NCBI GenBank assembly: GCA_947176895.1
Contig: CAMWSK010000002.1
Span: 24,423 to 88,422, forward strand
Direction of reading: 5' to 3'
DNA: 64,000 nucleotides
From: an uncultured Prevotellaceae bacterium
GTDB taxonomy: Bacteria > Bacteroidota > Bacteroidia > Bacteroidales > Bacteroidaceae
How positions within the stretch are numbered: the stretch's first letter is position 1; each line of letters begins with the position of its first letter. The notes below the pieces were generated by a model. It was not told the origin of the DNA, did not search any database, and saw nothing but the letters and a program-made list of their open reading frames with translations. Shown here in pieces: positions 39,539 to 46,780 of the stretch. A program made the position numbers and the translations under genes.

Positions 39539-41455
39539 TTAGAATTTTACTTGGATGCCGCCCACCACCGTAGCCCGTGGCATGGGATAGCCGGCATTGA
39601 TTTCGTATTTTTGTGCCAACAGGTTCTCGCCACGCACCCACACGTCGAGCCATTTGGTGGCGGAGAAGCTGCCACGCACGTTCCACAGCACGAAGCTCTC
39701 CTGCTCGGGATGAGCACCCACGGCGGTATACAGGCCGTCGATGTACTGCACGCCCGTGGACACGCTCCAGCGATTGCCTGTGGTGAACAGGCCGCCCACG
39801 TAGAGTTTGTACTCGGGGGCTGCGATGACGGGAACCTTCATGTGCAGATAACTATAGTTCGCGTCCACGCTCCAGTGGCGGTTGATGCGGTAGCCGGCCT
39901 GCAGCTCCACGCCGCAGTTGTCCACCTCGCCGGAGTTTTGGTTCAGCTGACCCGAACCGTTGGGGTTCGGCAAACGCATAATCAGGTTTTTCCCGTCAAT
40001 GTAAAAGAGGTTAAGTCCACAGTCCAGCCGGCCATTGAACAGAGATTGCGACAACGCAATCTCGTAGTTCCACATCGACTCGGGCTTCAAATCGGGATTC
40101 TGCGGCGGAAACATATACATCTCGCGCAGTATCGGATAGCGGAAGCCCTTCGAGGCCGAGGCTTTCAGCTCCAAAGCGTGGGGCAAATGTATGGCCATTC
40201 CGGCCTGGGGCACCCACTCCGTGCCCACACGCGAGTGGTTGTCCACACGGACACCTGCGTTCAGGGTGAGCCGCCGGCCCAGGTCCTGCCGGAATTCGAC
40301 GTAGCCTGCCAGCTCGTCCTCATGCTTGTCCACCAGGTCGCGCCGTGTGCCTGCCCGGTCGCCCGCCACGTATTGTGTCCAGGCCTCTCCGCCGTAGCGG
40401 AACCAGTCGAAGCCGAACAGCGTACGGTTTCCCTTGAAGAAGCGGGTACTTTGATAGAGCGAGAGGCCCATCATGTTGTCTTTGGAATGGAAACGTCCGT
40501 CCTGCGATGTCTCTCCCAGGCTCGGGGTGTAGCCGTCGTTGACCCAATGCTTGCCCCAATTGTAGAAGAAGCTCAACGCGCCGGATGTGCGGTCATAGGT
40601 GTTGGTCATCGCAAGGGAGGAAACACCTCTCGTGACACGCTGGTCGCCGTCCACCAAAGGAGCGGACACCGGACCGGGATAAGAGGCATTGAAGTGGGTC
40701 ACGTTCACGTCGGCGTATGCGTTCCAATGCTCTGTAATGTCATAACCCGCCTTGGCATAACCGCCACCCTGCTCGAAACCCATGTCGCGGCGATGCCCGT
40801 CGGTGCGGTTGTAGGAAGCGCTGACCACCGAGGAGAAACGGCCCTTGCGAATCAGATTCGTGGCTTCGGTCTCCAAGGTGTTGAACGAGCCGTATCCGGC
40901 GCGGAGGCGGGTGTTCACCCCGTCCGCGTGCTGCCTTCGCGTCACGATATTCACCACGCCGCCCATCGCGTTCGAGCCATAGAGCACGGAGGCCGGTCCC
41001 CTCAGCACCTCCACCTTGTCGGCCAGCAAGGACTGGTAGGCATCCGAGACGGGATGCCCGAAGATGCCCGCATACTGAGGATGGCCGTCAATCAGCACCA
41101 TCATCTGCGCCGTGCCACCGCTCAGGCCGCGAAGCGATATGCCCCCGGCGGCTCCGTCCGACACGCCATAGCCCATGATGCCGCGGGACGTGGTGAAGAG
41201 TCCCGGCACGTTCTCGGTGAGCACAGGCAGCAACGACGGCTGCATGCTCTGTTCAATCTTCCGGCGGCTGACCACGGCAACGGTCTGTGACAAATGCCGC
41301 GCGTCCGTGGCATTGCGGGTGCCGGTCACCACCACCTCGTCCATCTCGTGCATGCCGGTGCTGTCGGCAGCCTCCTGCGCCCGGCTTCCGCCCGGCACGA
41401 GCGAAGCGGCACACAGCAGGATGATGCCCAATCCCGAAAACATTCTGTTTCTCAT
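39539..41455 (-). CDS. TonB-dependent receptor (small, non-SusC type)
   Basis: Start chosen at MRNRMFSGLGIILLCAASLV. Plug region DEVVVTGTR ... LRGLSGGTAQMMVLIDGHP. The C-terminal residue is the aromatic F of VGGIQVKF. Confidence 0.9.
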   Translation of the reverse strand: MRNRMFSGLGIILLCAASLVPGGSRAQEAADSTGMHEMDEVVVTGTRNATDARHLSQTVAVVSRRKIEQSMQPSLLPVLTENVPGLFTTSRGIMGYGVSDGAAGGISLRGLSGGTAQMMVLIDGHPQYAGIFGHPVSDAYQSLLADKVEVLRGPASVLYGSNAMGGVVNIVTRRQHADGVNTRLRAGYGSFNTLETEATNLIRKGRFSSVVSASYNRTDGHRRDMGFEQGGGYAKAGYDITEHWNAYADVNVTHFNASYPGPVSAPLVDGDQRVTRGVSSLAMTNTYDRTSGALSFFYNWGKHWVNDGYTPSLGETSQDGRFHSKDNMMGLSLYQSTRFFKGNRTLFGFDWFRYGGEAWTQYVAGDRAGTRRDLVDKHEDELAGYVEFRQDLGRRLTLNAGVRVDNHSRVGTEWVPQAGMAIHLPHALELKASASKGFRYPILREMYMFPPQNPDLKPESMWNYEIALSQSLFNGRLDCGLNLFYIDGKNLIMRLPNPNGSGQLNQNSGEVDNCGVELQAGYRINRHWSVDANYSYLHMKVPVIAAPEYKLYVGGLFTTGNRWSVSTGVQYIDGLYTAVGAHPEQESFVLWNVRGSFSATKWLDVWVRGENLLAQKYEINAGYPMPRATVVGGIQVKF

Positions 41456-41564
41456 ACGCTCAATGTCTTCACAAAACTTCGGACATGCGGCAGGAACAAG
41501 TCCGCCGTCCATATCATCTGCAAAAATAATAAATTATCCCGAACCACGATGTTTTTCCGGAGCG

Positions 41565-42020
41565 TCATTCCAATTTGTCATATTCCTCGTCCGTCACAGG
41601 TTCGAGCCACTCGTTCAACGTCTTCTCGCCGGCAGTCTCCTCCGCCCACACCTCCTTGGCGATACGGAAGCCCGCCCAGGCGTTGGGCCAGCCGGCATAG
41701 AAGGCGGCCTGGGTGAGCAAGGCCGCAATCTCCGCCCTCGTGATGCCGTGTTTCTTGCCCAGTTCCAAGTGGGAACGGAACGAGGAGTCCACCAGTCCCT
41801 TGCCCAGCAGGATGGAGATGGTGACCATGCTGTGGTCGTGCAGGCTCAGCGTATGGTCGTTCCACACGGCATCGCCGAACAGGACCTGATCGTTCAGTTC
41901 CGCAAATTTGGGGGCGAAGTCGCCCAGGTGGTCGTGTCCGGCCGTCTGTTCTATCTTTTCCTGTGCCATAACATGAAGTGCCAAGATGTTGAAGAGTAAT
42001 GAAAGAATAAACTTGTTCAT
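41565..42020 (-). CDS. Carboxymuconolactone decarboxylase (AhpD-like) family protein with a signal peptide
   Basis: 151 aa. MNKFILSLLFNILALHVMAQ. The CMD block is GITRAEIAALLTQAAFYAGWPNAW. Confidence 0.75.
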   Translation of the reverse strand: MNKFILSLLFNILALHVMAQEKIEQTAGHDHLGDFAPKFAELNDQVLFGDAVWNDHTLSLHDHSMVTISILLGKGLVDSSFRSHLELGKKHGITRAEIAALLTQAAFYAGWPNAWAGFRIAKEVWAEETAGEKTLNEWLEPVTDEEYDKLE

Positions 42021-42254
42021 GAGTTCAAGGATTGATTATTAGGGGGGGGCACAAAATTCTCCGGCTTTCCGGTATCATTCCGTGCTGCGAAAATACAGGG
42101 TTTCTTTCAATTTCGGAGTATACATTTTGCGGTTTTTCCTATCCAAATTACGGATTCCGCCCATCACGCCGGATGCGCCCACACAAAAAAAGAGTGCCCG
42201 ATGCTCACGCACCAGACACTCCGTCATTCGTTATTAAACTAATAGCAAACGCTG

Positions 42255-42428
42255 TTACCAGCCTTGCTCCTCGTCCCAATCCATATCCTCCTCGTCACGG
42301 CTGAGCATTTCCCAACCGCTATTGCCGTCAACTTCCACACCGTTCTGAACAGACAGAGCGATGACTGCCTCTACATTCATATCGATGAGCGCCATGGCAG
42401 GCTTGATATATTCTTTTTTCATGTTCAT
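42255..42428 (-). CDS. Unlisted 57-aa acidic small protein
   Basis: My translation is MNMKKEYIKPAMALIDMNVEAVIALSVQNGVEVDGNSGWEMLSRDEEDMDWDEEQGW. It falls below the track length cutoff. It lies 59 nt downstream of the cargo gene stop on the same strand and is followed by a hairpin plus T-run near 42190-42230. Its codon usage resembles that of the neighbouring cargo gene. Confidence 0.45.
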   Translation of the reverse strand: MNMKKEYIKPAMALIDMNVEAVIALSVQNGVEVDGNSGWEMLSRDEEDMDWDEEQGW

Positions 42429-42487
42429 ATTATCTTTATACCATCAATAAATTATTTCCATTATCGTCTAAACACGGATTCCTGCAC

Positions 42488-45247
42488 TTACTTCACAAGC
42501 ACAACCTTGCCGTTGACGATGTTCAAACCCTTCTGCAACTTGCTGAGACGCTGGCCTGCCATGTTGTAGATGCCGCTGTTCTGCTTGGCCTGAGTATCCT
42601 GAACGCCCTCGATAGCGGTTGCGGTACCGTCGAAGAACAGGGCCTCGAAACGGGCTGCGCTTTCTGCGGGCAAGGTCAGATAGCACTTGTTCACCGTTGC
42701 AGTAAAGTCTGCACCCTCGGCCACGCGATAGAAGCCGATCTGACCGTCGCGGTTGGCCAGGATGTAGCTGCCGACGGGAACCTTGGTACCACTTTCCAAG
42801 ACACCGGTCAGCAGGCCAGCAGTCTGGTTGGTTGTTGCAGCACCATTCGCGTAGCCGATAATCTGGTATTTCTTGCCTCTCTCTTCCTCGCTGAAGCGAA
42901 CGATAAAAGGCTTGTTCTTGTTCACTCCGTCCGTGTTCTCTGTAAGCTGCAACTTTCCACCGGGAGCCGCAGAACAGGTGTAACGTGTCCATCCGGCCGG
43001 AGTTGCAAAGTTGATGGGCAGGATGATGGTGCCATACTCTGCATTAGAAGTGGTGTAGGCGACTGACAGCAAGGAGCCGTAGGAGTCTACCGCATTCTGA
43101 TATGTTCTCACTATAGCCCAATTGGCCAAAGCGGCATACATATCCTGCACTTTTGCCTGTGTCGCATCTGCAGCAGCCAAGTTCAGCTTGTCCTTATACG
43201 TATTGATTACATTGTTTATATCACGGGGAGAACCAAACTCGGTCGGAGAAATAATAGCCTGTGCATCTGCTTCGATGTCAATCGGTTCCACACCGCTCAC
43301 ATCCTCATTTGCCTTGGGATTGGCGGAATAATACGTGGCGCACAACTCACTAAGCTCTTCGTCTGTTGCGTTTACTTCCGTAATATAATAATGTGCATTG
43401 TCGCCATACCAATAGTTCACATTGCCCTTATTGCCATTCGAGCCCTCACAGTTCACCTGTGTACCGCCAAAGAAGATGTTCCACTTAGCCGCTTCGGTTT
43501 CCGTGGCATCGGCAAACGGTGCGTAGGTGAATTTTTTCTCCTTGCCGGTTCCAATCTTAGCCGTAGCCGCTTGTCCGCTGGGAATATTCTGGGGATACAT
43601 GCCTGCATAGACGTTCTTCAAATAGGAATTGTCTCCGTCCTGCTCATACTGCCAGATAAGAGAGGGGTCTTCTTCGTTTTCAGCTTGGTGCTTCATGTTC
43701 AGGGTATAGCCGTCAATACCCAGGAAAGAACCTTGTGCGGTGTTCTTGATGCGATAATACTTCCCGACGACAAAGTCATGACGGACATATTGAGCCTTGC
43801 AGGCAGTCAAAGCCTCCTGTGCCTCCTCAATTGAAGAAGCATCGGCTAACAATCCCTCAGCAGCGGTCAAAGCGGCTTGGTTCTCCTGCGGCACATAATA
43901 CTGTCCGAAATTATCACCGACACTTATCTTTTTCCATGCAGCATATTCTCTTTGGAAGATATCGGTGCTAACTTCCTCTACGCAGATACCGGAACCCAAA
44001 TCTCTTCCATTCCAATAGCACAACGCATTTGCGGAATTATAGCTCTGACGATTAAAAGCATAAGCAGTTGCTGTCGGATGCTCAACATAGAAGGCACCCG
44101 CGCTGGCGTTGTTATGCGTCGGCCGCTTCAGAATCCATGTCGTATTGCCGGTAGCATTTGCTTCTACTACCATGCGAGCCAGTTCACTGGCGTTTTTGTC
44201 TCCTGTAGGAGCGGTAGGTGCTGACAAGATATAAGTTTCGCCTGATGCTCTATTGACAATTTTGTAGCCTTCGTAAGGATCGGAACCGATGAATGCCCAA
44301 AGGTATGCATTGTAAGCATCACCGGTTGTGGCTTCTACCACAGCCTTATTATCCGCAGCCTTGATATAATCCACACCGCTCTCATACTTCAAGTATGTTC
44401 TGCTGTTATCGTCGCGGATGTTCATGTAATACCAATGATTAATAGAAGAGTAGTCGGTAGCGGCAACAAAGGGGAGTGTTCCCACGGTGACATTGATATC
44501 GACATTTACCTGTCCATCTCCATCTTCGTCTGCGACTACGCCCTCAGGTTTAGACGCTACCAAACCCAAAGGCTGAGAAGAAAGGTTTACGTCAGGATAA
44601 GTTTGCCCAACATACACACTGGTTGTCTGTGTCCCTTTCTCCACGCCATTATACTTAAATGTGTATGTCACAGTAACAGGAGTTATTGAAGGTGTAAGAA
44701 TCCAGCAACTGCCGTTATCGGAACCTGCACCGTTCTGATACAAGCCAACGGTTATATTGTCATTGTCATTGGGATTATAATCCGCACCACCAAACCAGTT
44801 CATATATTTTGACGCTACACCGGAAGTGTTGTAAGGAGCGAACTGATAGACATTGCCAATACTTCCGTTGCCATCCTGAATGGTTGCAGCCCAAGACTCT
44901 GCCTCTTCCTGACTTTCAACAAGAGTTGCTTTGTTTGTGCCATTGTCATAAGAACCAGCCTTATTATACGACAACCACTTTTGGGCCGTCACACAATAAA
45001 TCTTGTAGGCCGCCTCACTACCACTGCCCGTACGGGTCCCTTCAAAGAAGGCGAACTGAGCGGCATTGGCCGTGGTCACCGTAGGACCGGATGTTCGGGT
45101 CATCCAGCGGCCATTACCGTTCTTCATGTAATACACATGCTCAGGACTTTCGACATTTGTCGAGACCTCTATGGTCTCCGTCGTCTGTGCCCACGATGCG
45201 CCGACGCACATGATCAGCAGCATCAAGATAGAAGTAATTTTTCTCAT
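42488..45247 (-). CDS. T9SS-sorted secreted or surface protein of unknown function
   Basis: 919 aa. Signal peptide MRKITSILMLLIMCVGASWAQ. The C-terminal Por-type sorting tail reads GIYNMAGQRLSKLQKGLNIVNGKVVLVK. The body holds several degenerate aromatic-rich modules. By eye, the G+C of the central part is lower than that of the surrounding genes. Confidence 0.85.
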   Translation of the reverse strand: MRKITSILMLLIMCVGASWAQTTETIEVSTNVESPEHVYYMKNGNGRWMTRTSGPTVTTANAAQFAFFEGTRTGSGSEAAYKIYCVTAQKWLSYNKAGSYDNGTNKATLVESQEEAESWAATIQDGNGSIGNVYQFAPYNTSGVASKYMNWFGGADYNPNDNDNITVGLYQNGAGSDNGSCWILTPSITPVTVTYTFKYNGVEKGTQTTSVYVGQTYPDVNLSSQPLGLVASKPEGVVADEDGDGQVNVDINVTVGTLPFVAATDYSSINHWYYMNIRDDNSRTYLKYESGVDYIKAADNKAVVEATTGDAYNAYLWAFIGSDPYEGYKIVNRASGETYILSAPTAPTGDKNASELARMVVEANATGNTTWILKRPTHNNASAGAFYVEHPTATAYAFNRQSYNSANALCYWNGRDLGSGICVEEVSTDIFQREYAAWKKISVGDNFGQYYVPQENQAALTAAEGLLADASSIEEAQEALTACKAQYVRHDFVVGKYYRIKNTAQGSFLGIDGYTLNMKHQAENEEDPSLIWQYEQDGDNSYLKNVYAGMYPQNIPSGQAATAKIGTGKEKKFTYAPFADATETEAAKWNIFFGGTQVNCEGSNGNKGNVNYWYGDNAHYYITEVNATDEELSELCATYYSANPKANEDVSGVEPIDIEADAQAIISPTEFGSPRDINNVINTYKDKLNLAAADATQAKVQDMYAALANWAIVRTYQNAVDSYGSLLSVAYTTSNAEYGTIILPINFATPAGWTRYTCSAAPGGKLQLTENTDGVNKNKPFIVRFSEEERGKKYQIIGYANGAATTNQTAGLLTGVLESGTKVPVGSYILANRDGQIGFYRVAEGADFTATVNKCYLTLPAESAARFEALFFDGTATAIEGVQDTQAKQNSGIYNMAGQRLSKLQKGLNIVNGKVVLVK

Positions 45248-45328
45248 TGTAGTTTGAATAATAAAAGTATTGTTGTTTGTCTATTGCTTTTCATGAAAAG
45301 TCCTGCGGGATGCAAAAGGTATTACACA

Positions 45329-45384
45329 CGTCATCCTCCCGTCCTGTCCTGTGCCAACGCACAGGACAGGACGGGAGGATGACG
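45329..45384. repeat. Perfect 25-bp inverted repeat with a 6-nt loop
   Basis: cgTCATCCTCCCGTCCTGTCCTGTG ccaacg CACAGGACAGGACGGGAGGATGAcg. It lies 82-137 nt upstream of the cargo gene ATG. Confidence 0.9.
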
Positions 45385-45419
45385 AAGGTACGTGGGCGCC
45401 ACACGCGCCCGTACCTTTT
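45385..45419 (+). terminator. Terminator-like hairpin oriented against the cargo gene
   Basis: AAGGTACGTGGGCGC / GCGCCCGTACCTT forms a stem with a 2-nt bulge, followed by TTTT on the plus strand. Confidence 0.4.
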
Positions 45420-45431
45420 ATAATATATAAG

Positions 45432-45471
<40 letters not shown>

Positions 45472-45485
45472 AACAAAATAATCCG

Positions 45486-45513
45486 AACCGCCAAAGATTT
45501 CGGCGGTTATTTT
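45486..45513. terminator. Short hairpin with T-rich flanks on both strands
   Basis: Stem AACCGCC/GGCGGTT with a 9-nt loop. It is followed by ATTTT on the plus strand and by GGATTATTTTGTT on the minus strand. Confidence 0.45.
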
Positions 45514-45570
45514 CGGAAAAACTTGATTATCTGTCAGCATTGCTTAGCCTTTATGGTGTTATAAACGCAG

Positions 45571-45578
45571 CAAAGGTA
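45571..45578 (-). promoter_or_regulatory. -7 box TACCTTTG on the minus strand
   Basis: The minus strand reads ATATTGggatgtaagtaaaaaagtgttTACCTTTG, i.e. TTG-N21-TAnnTTTG. It could drive a short RNA ending at the 45486-45513 hairpin, or a ~310-nt leader for the cargo gene. Confidence 0.4.
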
Positions 45579-45861
45579 AACACTTTTTTACTTACATCCC
45601 AATATTTTACGAAAAAAATCAGCCCAAACCCCTTATTATATTCTGCGGCAGACCATCAGCCGGGGGAAAAACAATATTTTTTTTGCCAAATTGCCGCAAC
45701 GAACAATCATTTATCCGTTCCTGCAAAACTGCTGATGGCATACAGCGGAAACACGTATATCCCGTTATAGCAGCCAAAGTTTTCAAGGCCGGTGCGTATG
45801 CCATAAGCCGAATCCACAAAAAGTACCACCGCAAAGGTCGGCGGCAGTTTCCCGGTTTATA

Positions 45862-45908
45862 CAAAAAGAGAAGGTCGGTTTATCGCTGTTCAGCTTTAAA
45901 CCAACCTT
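45862..45908 (-). terminator. Rho-independent terminator after tRNA-Glu
   Basis: On the minus strand, AAGGTTGGTTTA / TAAACCGACCTT forms a stem (11 of 12 bp) followed by CTCTTTTT. Confidence 0.65.
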
Positions 45909-45913
45909 TTTTG

Positions 45914-45985
45914 TAGCGCCTACGGGAATCGAACCCGTGTTCCATGCGTGAGAGGCATGTGTCCTAGCCGCTAGACGAAAGCGCC
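45914..45985 (-). tRNA. tRNA-Glu (anticodon CUC)
   Basis: A 72-nt cloverleaf folded by hand: GTC..GAC D-arm, anticodon stem CATGC/GCATG with loop CTCTCAC, and T-arm ACGGG TTCGATT CCCGT. The acceptor stem has two G-U pairs. Confidence 0.8.
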
Positions 45986-46009
45986 GTTCACTCTTTTCCG
46001 GCAAGGAAG

Positions 46010-46096
46010 CGGAAGCTGGGGGATTCGAACCCCCGGTACGGTAACCCGCACGTCAGTTTAGCAAACTGGTGGTTTCAGCCACTCACCCAAACTTCC
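46010..46096 (-). tRNA. tRNA-Ser (anticodon GCU), class II with a long variable arm
   Basis: 87 nt. Acceptor GGAAGTT/AGCTTCC, anticodon loop TTGCTAA, T-arm GGGGG TTCGAAT CCCCC. Confidence 0.9.
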
Positions 46097-46194
46097 TTAC
46101 CAATCTTGTGCCGTTGAAGTAAGTTATTCCCTCAATTGCGATGCAAAGGTAGGTACTTTTCCTGAAACGAACAAATGTTTTTGCTGTTTTTTTG

Positions 46195-46218
46195 TATCTT
46201 TGTGTAGAAATACTTTTG
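46195..46218 (+). promoter_or_regulatory. Two adjacent -7 boxes (TATCTTTG, TACTTTTG) upstream of the glycan cluster
   Basis: The boxes lie at 46195-46202 and 46211-46218. The first CDS starts at 46355, so repeat copy C would lie in the leader. Confidence 0.45.
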
Positions 46219-46236
46219 TTATCATGAGTTCGAGAA

Positions 46237-46325
46237 GAAACATCAAGACGTTTTCAATAAAACATGAACATGTTTTCAAAAAACATGAGCATCTTTTTTC
46301 CCAAGCCTTGCGGGCAGCGGGAAAC
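46237..46325. repeat. Dispersed intergenic repeat, copy C (close homologue of copy A, same orientation)
   Basis: gaaacatcaagacgtttt, caataaaacatgaacatgtttt and caaaaaacatgagcatctttttt, then cccaagccttgcgggcagcgggaa. It aligns unit-for-unit with 7645-7731, with a few substitutions and indels. Confidence 0.85.
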
Positions 46326-46354
46326 CATATATAAATACGTAGGAGCCAACCATC

Positions 46355-46780
46355 ATGAACATGCCTGACCCGATGCTGCCTGCCGGCAGCCGACTGATTA
46401 CTTTGCCCGTGGCCCGTGACGAGCGCGGCTCGCTCACCTTCGCCACGGCGGGACAAGAGATTCCCTTTCCCGTGCAGCGCGTCTTCTGGATTCACGACAT
46501 ACCCGAGGGCGCAAGGCGCGGAGGACACTGCCACAACACGTGCAGCGAGGTGGTGGTGGCCGTGAGCGGCGCCTTCCGCATGGTGGTGGACGACGGCCAA
46601 GTGAGAGGAAGCGTGCGGATGGACTCCCCCGGCCGGGGCATCCTGGTGCCGGCCGGCATGTGGTGTGAGCTGGTGGATTTCGAGCCGGGCACCGTGGTGA
46701 TGGTGATGGCATCGCATCCCTACGACGCCTCGGGCTACTGCCACCGATACGAAGAATATCTAAAGATGAAAGACAAATGA
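46355..46780 (+). CDS. WxcM/FdtA-like sugar 3,4-ketoisomerase (cupin)
   Basis: 141 aa. DERGSLTFATAGQEIPFPVQRVFWIHDIPEGARRGGHCH matches the FdtA/WxcM-like cupin pattern. Confidence 0.8.
   Translation: MNMPDPMLPAGSRLITLPVARDERGSLTFATAGQEIPFPVQRVFWIHDIPEGARRGGHCHNTCSEVVVAVSGAFRMVVDDGQVRGSVRMDSPGRGILVPAGMWCELVDFEPGTVVMVMASHPYDASGYCHRYEEYLKMKDK

Noticed and set aside
42021-42254. A cobalamin or other riboswitch in the leader of the CMD/TonB-receptor/DUF362 operon.
   Set aside because: I could not find the B12-box (GCCACTG) or the conserved cores of TPP, SAM or FMN riboswitches. The region does contain a hairpin plus T-run that more likely terminates the small upstream ORF.
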